This document shows, piece by piece, positions 12,650 to 26,013 of a stretch of 64,000 bases of DNA (its first letter is position 1; each line of letters opens with the position of its first letter). The notes under the pieces are model-generated. The model ran no database searches. It was not told the origin of the DNA and saw nothing but the letters and a program-made list of their open reading frames with translations. The stretch comes from Octopus sinensis (Eukaryota). A program made the translations under genes and the position numbers. Location of the stretch: contig NC_043014.1 in NCBI RefSeq assembly GCF_006345805.1, positions 28,458,001-28,522,000 of the forward strand, in the 5' to 3' direction.

Positions 12650-12878
12650 GCTGAAGTATGGAACAAACTGCCGGCATCAGTTGTTAGTTGTCGGAGCACT
12701 GCATCCTTCAAAACTTCCATGCTTCCTGAGATTCGCCAGGACTAGACCAGATTTTCTCCCCTCCATACACACGCAAGCATGTATCTGACTCATACACTGT
12801 TCATTTGTACATTACTACATATGCTTTATACGCAGTTTTGACAAGTTGTGGTGCACCTGAGCACTGTATACAATAATT

Positions 12879-12931
<53 letters not shown>

Positions 12932-12960
12932 GTTATTGTTGTTGTTGTTTTCTTCTTATT
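12650..12960 (+). mobile_element. CR1-like LINE 3' end with (TTA)n tail
   Basis: VAEVWNKLPASVVSCRSTASFKTSML matches the CR1/L2 C-terminal WNxLP motif; followed by a 3' UTR and (ATT)n. Confidence 0.75.
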
Positions 12961-13284
12961 ATTATTATTATACATACATACATACATACATGTGAGTGTG
13001 TCCGTGTGTCTGTGATTGCGCGCACCTGTGTGTGTGTGTGTATTAGTGCTTTTCCCTCTACGATCGCTTGACAAACGGTGCTGGTTTGTTTACATCTCTG
13101 TAACTTCATGGCTCGGCAAAAGGTGATCGAGAGAATAAGTACCATGCTTTAAAATATGCACTGGGCGTGGATTTAGGCAATTATTGACCGGAACAATTAA
13201 AAGATATTCTATACACATGACATTTCTTTGTAGCAAGGAATGCATTTTTGATTATTTTTAACGCTTATCTTGATTCTCCTTGGG

Positions 13285-13615
13285 CAAGTGCCTTCTACTA
13301 TAGCCGCGGGCCGACCAAAGCCGTGTGTGTGAATTTGGTAGACGTAAACTGAGAGAAGCCCGTCGTATATATATTTATGTATATATATTTATGTATGTGT
13401 GTCTGTGTCCCCGCTCCACCATCGTTTGATAACCGATGTTGATGTGTTTATGTCACTGTAACTTAGCGGTTCGGAAAAAGAGACCGATAGAATAAGTACT
13501 AGGGTTACAACAAATAAGTTCTGGGTTGGGTTCGATTTCCTCGACTGAAATCTTTTAAGGCGGTGCTCCAGCATGGCCGCAGTCAAATGACTGAAACGTG
13601 TAAAAGAATAAAAGA
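13285..13615 (+). mobile_element. SINE family A, 5'-truncated
   Basis: TTGGGCAAGTGCCTTCTACTATAGCC...AAATGACTGAAACGTGTAAAAGAATA. Confidence 0.85.
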
Positions 13616-13954
13616 AGGAATATATATACATACACACACATACATACACATAATAATATGTGTACGTGTGTATGTATATATAAACAAAGTGGGTTTAATA
13701 AGGGATATAAATCGAGGCGAAATACTTCTTAAGCTTTCTGCAGATAAAAACAAACCAGGCTAACACAAAACTCTTCTAATCAGTATCGTGCTCCAAGGTA
13801 ATCCGAAGTCGAAAGTTGTAGTATGTCTGCCTGTCTGCCTGTCTGCCTGTCTGCCTGCCTGTCTGTCTGTCTGTCTGTCTGTCTATCTGTCTCTCTCTCC
13901 ATCTCTCTCTTTCTCTTTCTCTCTCTCTTTTCCTCTCTCCCCCTGTCTCTAGAT

Positions 13955-15227
13955 ATTGGGTCATCCCATAAATAATGCGTCTTTTCAATTGCTTGAACTA
14001 AAAAAGTCGGAGGGGACGGGATAAATTATTTGCATCAACTTGCAGGTAGTAATTTATCTTGTACTTATTCTTAGTGCAAGTTTTGAAGAGTGCAGTTCGA
14101 CTTTAACAGTTATTTTTTCAAAGCTATAATGGAAGTAACAAAGGAGCATATTCGGCATATTTTGCTTCTTGAGTTCAATAAGGGTTACAATGCAAGGCAA
14201 AGTGCGAGGAATATTAATGCAGTATATGTGGATCGGAAATGAGTGTAAGCCAGTGTCAACGGTGGTTCTAGAAATTCCAAACCGCAAATTGCAGTCTAGA
14301 AAACGAGCTTCGTCCTGGAAAGTCTGTAGAGCTCGACGAGGACATCCTACAAACCCTGGTGGAACAAAATTCTATCGTAACTGTTGAGGAACTAGCAGAG
14401 AAGCTTGGATTTGGTCACTCAACCATTTATCTAGTTCCGATGGCACCTGTGTACCATCGGAAAAGTTAGTAAATTGGGACAGTGGGTTCCTCACAAACTT
14501 TCCGAGCCTAATCGCGCGCAGCGTGGGAATGTGCGCTCTTCTTTGCTATTACGACAAGAATGAACCTTTTTTAGACCGAATAGAGACTGGTGCCAAGAAA
14601 TGGGCTTCTCTATAAAAATCTCAACCGCCGAAGACAATGGGTAGGGAAAGGAGAAACACTGGTACCCCAGGTTCAAGAAGGTCTTCACACACGTAAGGTG
14701 TTGTTATCTGTTTAGTGGGATATGAAAGGTTTAGTCCTCTTTGAACTTTTAAACCCAAACCAAACGATAACAAAGGAGATCTACTGTGAGCAGCTTGGGC
14801 AGCTTAAGTCAACGTTAGAAGAAGAAAATGACCACCTTTGGTTCAAGACGAAAGGTGTTCCTCCATCAGAATGTTTGGCTACATACAGCGAGGATGACAT
14901 TCCAAAGGCTGGAGAAGTTTGAATGGGAAACAATGCCCCACCCACCATATTCGTGGGACATTGCCTCGTCTGTTTAACATTTATTTCGCAGTCTTAAAAT
15001 CATTTGGACGGTAAAATAGGAATTCTGTAGACGAGGTCAGAACAGTACCGGGGAAGCATTTTACGTCACGGACAAATGAATTTTAGAAGAGGGGCTTTGC
15101 AAGGTAGATGGAAGAGCATTGTAGAAAATGAAGGAGAGTATATTTTAGATTAAAAAAGAAATTTGTTTATCTTAATTTTGAAAAATAAGAGTATAAAAAA
15201 CCGCATTATTAATGGGATGACCATCTA
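13955..15227 (+). mobile_element. Mariner transposon, near full length, decayed, with TIRs
   Basis: TIRs TATTGGGTCATCCCATAAATAATGCG and CGCATTATTAATGGGATGACCATCTA. Broken ORF from about 14129: MEVTKEHIRHILLLEFNKGYNARQSARNINAVY...ELDEDILQTLVEQNSIVTVEELAEKLG...ENEGEYILD*. Confidence 0.9.
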
Positions 15228-15293
15228 TATTAAAGATTAATAGAGAAGTTGGAGTGTACCAAAGCAATTTATTATCACGACAGTTGTTTCATC

Positions 15294-15347
<54 letters not shown>

Positions 15348-15371
15348 GTATGTATGTATATGTATATATAT

Positions 15372-15725
15372 AGTGACATAGTGACCCCCTTCGGTCAGAC
15401 ACTGACCATGGGTTTGCACCCAGAGAGTTACTCTCTGAGGCACAAGTCTGGGCAAGGTTGTTTCATGGAAGACCAGCAGTCGCCCATGCATACCGGCCTC
15501 CCCTCTCCACGTCACCGATGTTGACCAAGGGAAAGGCAAGGGCCGATACAGCTTGGCACCTGTGACGTCGCAACTCATTTCTACAGCCGAGTGAACTGGA
15601 GCAACGTGAAATAAAGTGTCTTGCTCAAGAAACACAACACGCAGCCCGGTCCGGGATTCGAGCTCACAACCTCACGATCGTAAGCTCGACGCTCTAACCA
15701 CTGAGCCACGCGCCTTCACGCCGCC
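15372..15725 (-). mobile_element. tRNA-headed SINE family C
   Basis: Minus-strand head GTGAAGGCGCGTGGCTCAGTGGTTAGAGCG...CTCGAATCCCGG, then TTCTTGAGCAAGACACTTTATTTCACGTTGCTCCAG; head shared with 40018 and 29708. Confidence 0.85.
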
Positions 15726-15747
15726 TATGTATATTATATATAATATA

Positions 15748-15781
<34 letters not shown>

Positions 15782-15786
15782 TATAT

Positions 15787-15828
<42 letters not shown>

Positions 15829-15837
15829 ATATATATA

Positions 15838-15875
<38 letters not shown>

Positions 15876-15927
15876 TACATATTATATATATATATATATA
15901 TATATACATACATATATATATATATAT

Positions 15928-15972
<45 letters not shown>

Positions 15973-16249
15973 TGCAGGGGTGTGTGCCTATGGGTACAGG
16001 AAGGTGTTTAGGACATATATGTTTGTGTGTATGTGTGTGTGTGCGTGCGCGCGCGAGTATATGTGTATTTCAGCGTCTGCACACATATATCATAAAAATG
16101 ACAAATAACTTGAGAGATTTTCTGTTAGATAAGTCGTTAGCTCAATGATGGTATCAACAGAGACACAGAAACAGGGCTATAGACGCATATTTACATGAAG
16201 ATAGGAAAAATGATAAACAGAGAAAGAGACAGCTAGATACTTAAGAAGA

Positions 16250-17171
16250 GGAATGGGATAAAGCAGTTTTGTAACGGAAAACGCTTAACTGTTAATTTAC
16301 ACCATCTAACAGAAGTTATGGAAGTAGGAAAAGAGAAAGTAAATGTTAAAACCAAACAGGACAGTGAGAGGCTTCGACAAGTTGAATTGTGCAAGTGTCT
16401 TGGAGCCACATGTTAGTAAGAATTAGGACATGGCAAGGATATTCATGGAAATGCCGAATAACATCTGGAGCAGCAAGGGTATCTTAATTAAGTTGGAAAC
16501 AAGGCTAGGGCGAGCGCTCATTTGGCCAACATGCTTTTATGGTTGCGAAGTATGAACTCTGAACAAATTTGAAGAGAATACAATGAATACGTTTGAAATA
16601 TGGGTTTACTAGAGATGGTTACGAATCTCTTTCGATGACCAACAGACAAATGACTGGATGTTACAACAAATCGGTGAAAGATGACAACACCTGAATATTT
16701 TGAAGAAACAAAAGGTCATCTTATTTTTTTACTGCCCACGAGGGGGTACACACAGAGGGGACAAACAAGGACAGATTATGTCGACCCCAGTGCGTAACTG
16801 GTACTTATTTAATCGACCCTGAAAGGATGAAAAGCTAAATCGACCTCGGCGGAATTTGAACTCAGAACGTAGCAGCAGACGAAATACCGCTAAGCATTTC
16901 GCCCGGCGTGCTAGCGTTCTGCCAGCTCGCTGCCATGAAGAAGCGAAAGATCATTTATTATGGCCATATTCGAAGAAGAAGAGATCTCATAAACATTATT
17001 ATTGAAGGAAGAGCAGAGGGCAATAGATCAAGAGGCAGACAAAGAATGCAACAGATGGACAATATCACGAGCTGGTTCGACAAGAGTGGCAAGGCAGCTA
17101 GAAAACTCGCTCTTAATTGGGAAGATTTTCGTTGGAGTCTCATCAGTATACTGCAGGTGTACGCTATATGA
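16250..17171 (+). mobile_element. RTE-clade LINE 3' fragment, interrupted by a SINE
   Basis: ALIWPTCFYGCEV*TLNKFEENTMNTFEIWVY*RWLRISF...TND and, after the insert, KKRKIIYYGHIRRR...IIEGRAEGNRSRGRQR, typical RTE C-terminus. Confidence 0.8.
16726..16935 (-). mobile_element. SINE family B inserted in the RTE fragment
   Basis: Minus-strand head GGCAGCGAGCTGGCAGAACGCTAGCAC; degenerate flanking repeat at 16701-16725 and 16936-16959. Confidence 0.85.
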
Positions 17172-17596
17172 CAATGACGAACAACCGGTAATGTTTGTTG
17201 GTGTTCTGGAATCAAACCGAGTTTGATAAAATTGCTAGCTAAACGCATGTCTTTCTAATACTACACTTCAAGTGTGCTTGTCTGCTTCACGTTTTCAATA
17301 AAAACAGTAGATAGAGGAGATAAAATGTTTCAACTAATGTACTTTTAAACGATGCAGTTTTGCCCAAAATAAGCTCCAATACAGGGCCTGGAAGTCTCAA
17401 AACAACAATTTTGCTCCATTTTATATAAGCTCACAAGAGTAACTATTTTGCCATTCCTGAAATGGAATCAGTCGTAAAACATGTCTATACACAAATTCAC
17501 ATACCACACATACACGTACACACATGGACACACACACACATATATTATATATATATATATATATATAATATATATAATATATATATCTATTATATA

Positions 17597-17640
<44 letters not shown>

Positions 17641-17744
17641 ATATATAGAAGTTTGGAGATGATGTACAGGTATTTTATATTAGAAGAAATGAGGTACTCA
17701 TACACATATAACATATATTACATACATACATATATATATTATTA

Positions 17745-17784
<40 letters not shown>

Positions 17785-17921
17785 GTATACACATATATAA
17801 TATATATATATACATATATATATATACATACATATATTACATACATATATATATATACATATACATATATATATATATGTATATATATGTGTGTGTGTGA
17901 AAATATATGTAAGTCTGTCTG

Positions 17922-18005
<84 letters not shown>

Positions 18006-18231
18006 ACTCACTCTCTCTGTCTCTGTCTGTCTGTTTCTCTCTCTTCCTCTCTCTCTCTATTTGCAACGGGAAATTCCGAGGTTATTTTGAAAACTGTAAG
18101 ATGGTTGAATGTTTAAAGAGAATCATGAAAAATGTTTTTGCACATACACACACACACACACACACACGCACACACACACATTTAATGTTTTTAAATTTGT
18201 GCATACATATATTCAGAAAATATGAGTATGA

Positions 18232-18715
18232 GGCGCAGGAGTGGCTGTGTGGTAAGTAGCTTGCTTACCAACCACATGGTTCCGGTTTCAGTCCCACTGC
18301 GTGGAATCTTGGGCAAGTGTCTTCTACTATAGCCTCGGGCCGACCAATGCCTTGTGAGTGGATTTGGTAGAAGGAAACTGAAAGAAGCCTGTCGTATATA
18401 TGTATTATATATACACATATATATATATATTATATATATATATATTAATATATATATATATATATATATATATCATGTATATATATATATATATTTATGT
18501 GTGTGTATATGTTTGTGTGTCTGTGTTTGTCCCCCTAGCATTGCTTGACAACCGATGCTGGTGTGTTTACGTCCCCGTCACTTAGCGGTTCGACAAAAGA
18601 GACCGATAGAATAAGTACTGGGCTTACAAAGAATAAGTCCCGGGGTCGATTTGCTCGACTAAAGGCGGTGTTCCAGCATGGCCGCAGTCAAATGACTGAA
18701 AGAAGTAAAAGAGTA
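18232..18715 (+). mobile_element. SINE family A, full length
   Basis: Complete head-to-tail consensus with an expanded internal (TA)n/(TG)n tract. Confidence 0.92.
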
Positions 18716-19155
18716 TTAGTTTGCTACGAAGACGTAACACTTCCAAGTAATCATACCTTTTTCCTTATAGACTTTTGAAACGTAACTAAAATTTGAAGAT
18801 GTTAAAAAATATAACCTTTTTTGAAATAATTCAAATAGTATTTAAAATGATGTAAGAATCTTTTTCAAACAACGTTTGAAAGAATAATTTTATGCAGAAT
18901 GATTATGATTAAAATTCAACTAACTAGCCAATAAATCAATGCTATATTTTCTGGTTACAAGGGGGGAATTTAAATTTGATAATTTTTCACCTAGCGTACC
19001 ACATATTTTTAGTGTAAATGTAAATTTGTAATCCAGATATAGAAGATGGAAGTTTGGAAGTTATCTTCTTTCTCTTTAATTGTATGTACATATGTATGTA
19101 TTTAATGTATGTGTGTATATATGTATGTATGCGTATATGTATGTATATATATATG

Positions 19156-19210
<55 letters not shown>

Positions 19211-19806
19211 CAGTAGCTATGGAAATAAACGTTGTCTATGTGTGTAAATCATCGTTTATGCTTGCATTCATGTATTCATATCAGGCACATTTTAGACACA
19301 TACATACACGCATGCACGAGGAAGGGAAGATGCATGAAAGTCCGATGTTGAGTTCTGTGATGTTTCAACGAAAAGCACTGCGAAACGAATTGAGTTACTT
19401 TAAACCGTTTAGTCCTAAACTTCTATGGTTTGTTAACCTATTGCCTGCCGCCTTTGCCATTTCTGCGCTTGTAGCGATAGTAGCAGTGAAGCAGACAAAG
19501 AAATTTGCTGGTGTACTTGGTTTGCTGACCCAACGAACTAAACCGGTATGGACAGTTTCTTGGCCGAGCTAAATATAGTTGCAGCATTAGTAGTTTTTCC
19601 CCCCATTCCTGCGGCTGCCATCATTATATTTTGTAGGCCAAAGAAAAGCATCTAGGACGAAAAGGATGAATTACAAAAAATTCTCTCTCTTTCTCTCTGA
19701 CACACACACACACACACAGAGGCACATACACACACACATACAGACAAGCTCACTATTTCTCTGTTTCTTGTATTTTAGGAAGGATAAGGAAGAAATTACG
19801 ATGAAA

Positions 19807-19849
<43 letters not shown>

Positions 19850-20630
19850 GAGGAAGAGAGAGAGAAGGTGAAAAGAAGAGAACTTCGTAAGGAATTACGA
19901 ATTAATTTTTTATGATGATAATGATGTCAATAAAGGGTTTATATTAACTACTATTTTTAGAGGCTTGTAGAATAGTATTTTTTTGCTGTAATTTTAGCTC
20001 AGAGCTACGGCCATGCAAGTGTCTTCTACTATAGCCTCGGGCAGACCAAAAATTGGTGACTTAAGTGTTGGTAGTAGTTGTGTTCTTATGATAGCGGTGG
20101 AGGTGGTGCTAATTGTAGTGGTAATATTAACAGTGGTTCTATCTGTGATTGCTTTTGCAATAGTAATGGTTGTGGTTATGAGTGAGGATGATGTGGTTAG
20201 TCCTGATCGAATACATCTATGATGAAAGGTATTCCGCTCCTGAATATATGATTTTATTTTTGTTTTTGTTTTGTGTGCAGGAAGTACAAGACTGCATCAA
20301 CCAGAGCGTATTTTTCTGGGATAGTTGGGTACGAATTGAGGGAGACACGTCTGCTGCCTCTAGTAGGTTGAGTTGACTCAGACGTGCTGGTGTTGAGATT
20401 AATGGTAAATGTTGTTCTCAATATTGGTGGGAGGGGTGACTGTGATCTGTATCTGAATATGATAGTACACACACACACACCAGTTTTATCTGGTGGGAGA
20501 GATAGTGATGGTAGTTGGTGGTAATAATGGTAATAGTTGATGTGATGTCGATGTGATTGTATTTGTTATGATTGGGGTTATGATGGTTGTAGTGAGATTT
20601 GTAGTACAAGCACTTGTTGCTTAACAAAAT

Positions 20631-21010
20631 AGGAGTGGCTATGTGGTAAGTAGCTTGCTTACCAACCACATGGTTCCGGGTTCAGTCTCACTGCGTGGCA
20701 CCTTGGGCAAGTGTCTTCTACTATAGCCTCGGGCAGACCAAAACCTTGTGAGTGGATTTGGTAGACGGAAACTGAAAGAAGCCCGTCGTATATATATGTA
20801 TGTGCGTGTGTGTGTGTTTGTTGCTCCAACATCGTTTGACAACCGATACTAGTGTGCTTACGTCCCCGTAACTTAGCGATTCGGCAAAAGAGACCGATAG
20901 TACTAGGCTTACAAAGAATAAGTCCTGGGGTCGATTTGCTCGACTAAAGGCGGTGCTCCAGCATGGCCACAGTCAAATGTCTGAAACAAGTAAAAGAATA
21001 AAAGAATAAA
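20631..21010 (+). mobile_element. SINE family A
   Basis: Near-complete consensus ending GTAAAAGAATAAAAGAATA. Confidence 0.9.
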
Positions 21011-21139
21011 ACAAACAAACAAACAAGCAAATAAATAAGTATAAAATTATTGCAGGTGAAGGTGGTAACAAAATAGGGAGAAGCAAACAAAGATCAAAAG
21101 TATGAAGTCCTATCTTAGTTGTACAACCTCTATCACTGG

Positions 21140-21310
21140 CAAGTTTGCGATGTCAAGAGACATATCTAGTTGACTGGTGCCACAGCATCGTAGTCAACTG
21201 TTACAAGGCTAAAGGAAATGATTTAGAGACATGTAATTACAGGGGTATCAAATTGCTGAAATGGGACATGTAAATTATGGAAAGAGTTAATTACGAAGGC
21301 AATTAGCTGA
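21140..21310 (+). mobile_element. RTE RT N-terminal fragment
   Basis: DWCHSIVVNCYKAKGNDLETCNYRGIKLLKWDM*IMERV resembles the RTE motif W...I...YKxKG....NYRGIxLL. Confidence 0.65.
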
Positions 21311-21465
21311 GATGAGATATAACGAAAGAATAGGTGTATACATACATACATACATACATACATACATACATACATACATACATACATACATACATACATG
21401 CATACATACATACACATGCACACACACGCACACAAATATATATATATATATATATATATAATTAT

Positions 21466-22133
21466 AACAGGTTGCTAGACCAAATACCGAAAGTATTAGA
21501 AATAGCAGCCAGAAGACTGTTATTTCTTTTACTACAAAAATATGTCCCACAGACAACAGTATTTGTAACTCATTTTATGGCAAAAAAAACGAAGAAAAAT
21601 AACGAAATCAAACAGTCTCCGGTCAATTATGGACGCATACGTTTCTGGATTAGAATCAAAGATTAATTTCCTTCATCAACATAATATTCCGATAAATAAT
21701 ACTGCCGAAAATGAATTTGTAGAACTACGAATTCATTTTCGGCAGTATTATTTGTAACTCACGGGGGAAAAATTCTGGAGGGAGATACGAATTCACTTGT
21801 CTATATAAATGTGGATATGCTGGTTAGCTTCTGTATGCCCCGATGTCGCCTGGTCGGCGGAAATATGGAGGGTAAGATTTCCTAGCATTTCTAGATTTAT
21901 TTATCGGAATATTATGTTGATGAAGGAAATGAATCTTTGATTCTAATCCAGAAACGTATGCGTACATAATTGACCGGAGACTGTTTGATTTCGTTATTTT
22001 TCTTCGTTTTTTTTTTTGCCATAAAATGAGTTACAAATACTGGTGTCTGTGGGACATATTTTTGTAGTAAAAGAAATAACAGTCTTCTGGCTGCTATTTC
22101 TAATACTTTCGGTATTTGGTCTAGCAACCTGTT
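21466..22133. mobile_element. Foldback/MITE-like element with ~235-bp inverted arms
   Basis: 21466-21699 is the near-identical reverse complement of about 21898-22133; the same spurious peptide appears on opposite strands in the ORF track. Confidence 0.85.
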
Positions 22134-22870
22134 GCAAAGACCCTCATTGTTATAATTATATTTAATTTTACCGAATATGGTCCTTTTCCATACCGAAACA
22201 CTACTTGGTGAAATTTGTTGATTTTATTAAATTAATTATATTTCACTCTTTATCTGTATATATATATATATATATTAGTATATATTATATATTATATATA
22301 TATATATATTTATATATTGACATATAGAATTAAGAGACAGAACCTCCATAAAGTATTATAATTATTGAGTTGATAGATATACCACCACCACCACCATCAC
22401 CATCACCTCCCATCACAACCACCACCACCGCGGCCACCGCGGCCGACGCCACCACCGTCACTGCTGACCCCACTACCGCAAGTGATTAGCTCACTTCTGG
22501 CCACAATTCTGACCAACATAATGCCTAACTTTGATATCAATGCTTTCGTTAGTTACATCAATGATTGTGATTGTTTAAATACAATCTACCTACCGTTGTC
22601 TCAAATGAACAAAGGAGCCCTTTCTCTATTTATGAATGCAAAGCCACCTTTTTGATGTTTTATTAATGTAAAACCAACTTCTGAGGAACTTCGTTTTAAG
22701 ATTCCCACCCTCCTTTTACTGTATGAAATCAGTCGCTAATATTGTAACTTTGCTAACCACCTACGAGTAAGATAGACGCATAGATTCAATACTTTACGCA
22801 TAGCAAACATGGAAAACTAGTATGAGTGAACACATCTTCCTTTGTGGCTAGGAATTTCAGAAATATCCCG

Positions 22871-22923
<53 letters not shown>

Positions 22924-23232
22924 GCACACACACATACACAGAGGCGTGCGCACACACACAACGCACACATGTTTGTGGTATATGAGTGTGTAGATGTGTT
23001 TATCTGAATATACATATATACTTGCTTACATACATACATACGTACGTGCATACATACATATGTACGTACATACATACATACATGCATACATACATACAAA
23101 AATAATCTGTTGTTGATGCTGAAGTTCCAATGAAGAAGCCTTGGATCTAGGTTAGAAACCGGCTCTTTCTGTATTGGCAAGAAATCTTGAAAGAAAACTG
23201 AATAATTACACACCCAGACACACACACACACA

Positions 23233-23270
<38 letters not shown>

Positions 23271-23599
23271 AGACATACGCATGTATATATATGTATGCAT
23301 GTATATTTTGATAAACGAGCGCACACATACACATACAGAACGCGCACACACGTATATAAATGTTGACTATATGCAGATCGGCTGTTTAAAATCTTACCTG
23401 TTTAAAATTTTACCCGAAGACGGTGGAGTGTATATTGTAATCAGATGCGACTAAATAAATAAAAATCTACTAAAATAGTTGTAAATTTTAAACACCGTAT
23501 ATGTTTAAATACAATACTCAATAAGTAAAGACGGACGAAATGTCACTAAGCATTTTGGCCGGCATGCTAACGGTTCTGCTAGCTTTCCGCCTTATTCTT

Positions 23600-23800
23600 A
23601 TTATTGTGATTTCAAAATTTGACACAAGGCCAGCAATTTCGGGGAGGGGTAAATTGATTACATCGACACCATTATCGACTTCCATGGGATGAAAGGCAAA
23701 GTCGACCTCGGCAGAATTTGAATTCAGAACGTAAAGACGAACGAAATGCTGCTAAGCATTTTGCCCGTCCTACTAACGATTCTGCCAGCTCACCACCTTA
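23600..23800 (-). mobile_element. SINE family B
   Basis: GAAAGGCAAAGTCGACCTCGGCAGAATTTGAATTCAGAACG is the reverse of the family B body. Confidence 0.8.
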
Positions 23801-24590
23801 ATGTTTGCAAGTATTATCACTACAATATCTTTGCTAAAATCCTCATTACATAACATCTTGTTATTATCTCATATGAGTCCAAAGTCTATGACAAAACCGT
23901 AGAGGGACAGGACACTGTCTTGTCTAACATTCGTTCATTAACGCATGCACAATAAGCGGTACGTTTGTATGTAATCTTCATTAGGGGATCAGGTTTCCCA
24001 ATCAGGTTCACTATATCAAAAGCTTCCTTACAATCGACCAAATTAATGAATACTGTTGATTTCAATTCGACCGTGTTTTCAGTTATGTAAGAGCAAAACT
24101 AGTACCAGTGCATGCTTTCTTTTCACAAAATCCAAATCGGTGATCTTTAAAAATTACGTCAGTTGTCTCACTTATGATGATTAAGCCATTTGCTGAAAGC
24201 AACTTGTTGATCTTCACAAGCAGAAACTTTTCTCGCCAGTAAAACAATAACTACTTTTTTGGCAGTTTTACAATGGCCACTGCTTTCACTCTCTTCTGGT
24301 ATTTTCTTATCCCACTAGATTATGAAACTTTGGTTAAGTAACATTATCTTCAACGATTTCTTTCATATTTAACAAACGCACAATTTATTCTATGTATAAC
24401 TGTAATTTCATTCTTTTTCAACGAATTTCCAAACGTTATCCTATGTGATTTCAGCATAAAGTTCAGGTTGACTCACCAGTCTTTGAAATGTCCCACGTCT
24501 GTTTCAATCCTTTTTAGTCTTTAGACACTCGCCATTCTTAGTGGTTACAGACATCTTTCCATTACACCTACAATACTCCAACACAGTGAT
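23800..24590 (-). mobile_element. RTE RT fragment, heavily decayed
   Basis: Minus-strand pieces: KKIPEE...AIVKLPKK, FGFCEKKACT, VFINLVDCKEAFDIVN, VRQDSVLSL, matching RT motifs 1-4. Confidence 0.65.
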
Positions 24591-24699
24591 CAGGGAACTT
24601 TCTAAACCAATTACTCCAAAATATATTTATTTACACCGACGTTTGTGTTGAAAGGAAGACAATCATAGATTTTTAAAGGTTAGAAAAAGGTCAATAAAT

Positions 24700-24810
24700 A
24701 TTTGCCATTACATTTTTAATCAATCAAATATTAACCATTTTGTTGCACAATGCGTCTCCATCTTTCCTCTAACTTGAAAATACCCTCTTCCCAGAATAAA
24801 ACAAATGTAA
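24700..24810 (-). mobile_element. Mariner 3' fragment
   Basis: FWEEGIFKLEERWRRIVQQNG*YLID* matches the mariner C-terminus. Confidence 0.6.
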
Positions 24811-24869
24811 TAAATTAAATTAATATCTTCATTGTGAAACTAATGGATTTTTGTAGAAACTTTTTCGCC

Positions 24870-25080
24870 TTCAGGTTTTGGAGAAATGATGCTTTATTTT
24901 TGTTACAATTACATCAAAGTCGGAGCAATTTAAAGCCAGAGAAATTTAGATACGGCCTTCGGAGTCCAATCGTTTACTCTGCTTTGATTTTATATTCATT
25001 AGAATGGAAAATCCTTGTTTGCAAAGGTAGGTTGTTGCAAAAGGCAGCAACTTTTTGATTCCGCATCTGCAATTTTGGAA
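24870..25080 (-). mobile_element. hAT transposase dimerisation-domain fragment
   Basis: ATTYLCKQGFSILMNIKSKQSKRLD matches the hAT C-terminal motif TTYLCExxFS...IKxKxRNRL. Confidence 0.65.
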
Positions 25081-25900
25081 GACTTTGCAGCAGTTTGACA
25101 TCTCTTAAACACCTCTACTGCATTGGACAGGTGCAGTGCTGTCAAGAATAACAAGGAATGCGTTTTTTATATAATTTTACTTATGACTAATTATTCTGCA
25201 TTACTTTCAAGAATTTCCTCTTTTCCCCTCTTGGGGTAATATACTCTGGCTCGCCGACCCCCGCCTCCGCAGTATTTTGGGTGCATTAGACACAGTTCTT
25301 TTCTTTTCTTATGACGGCACTTTCTGCGGATTCACTCCCTTTTACTTTCAAGGTGGCTTCCCTTTATTTCTTTGCTCGGTGTTTTATACTTCACTTTAGC
25401 ATCTCCTGTGACTTTGTTATCATCGCTTATTTATAAATATCCTAAATATCTGGAGACGTCAACTGCTCACAAACATTTTCCCCTTTCTTCTTCTGGTATT
25501 TTGTGTTTCAGTTGTTTTGTCATTGATTTTAGCTATGCTCAAATGCATTTATTCCGCCTGCGACCGTCTTTTAAGAGTAAGAGAGAGAAACAGGGAGAGG
25601 GAAAGAGAGAGAAGAGGGGAAGATAGACAGACAGACTGACAGATAAGGCGAAATGGCGGTGAGAGAGATTAGGAAAGAAAAAGAGCAATGATGTTTGATA
25701 TGTACATATATATACGTATATATATATTTGTATATATATATATATATATATATTAGATATATATAATATATATATATATTATAATACTAAGCAATAAGGG
25801 TTAGCAAACGAATTGCCTTACCACATACCGAATTTAGAAATAGCAGTCAAAGGGTTATAGCTATCTTCTACTAAAAAGGGAGATCTTAGTAAAAACAGCA

Positions 25901-26013
25901 ATTAACGACAACGTTAACGACAACGTATTAACGACAATTAACGACCTGATTAACGACAACGTATTAACGACAACGTATTAACGACAACGTATTAACGACA
26001 ACGTAACGACCTG
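25901..26013. repeat. Minisatellite, 14-bp unit ATTAACGACAACGT, with variants
   Basis: About eight full or partial units directly visible. Confidence 0.9.

Noticed and set aside
17115-17160. Minus-strand CTGATGAGACTCCAACGAAA
   Set aside because: Lies in RTE coding sequence; no UH site or stem I complement.
19219-19572. 117-aa ORF in non-repetitive sequence
   Set aside because: No recognisable domain or splice context; length within chance expectation.
21840-21885. CCGATGT-CGCC-TGGTC-GGCG-GAAA in the foldback spacer, resembling a hammerhead core
   Set aside because: Two core mismatches, an inverted 10.1-11.1 pair, and no stem I or III pairing.
23125-23175. AATGAAGAAGCC...GGTTAGAAACCGGCTC, with a related GAAACCGGTA on the minus strand near 5335-5375
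   Set aside because: Palindromic ACCGG(T) after GAAA is suggestive of a PLE hammerhead, but CUGANGA and stem I are missing in both copies.
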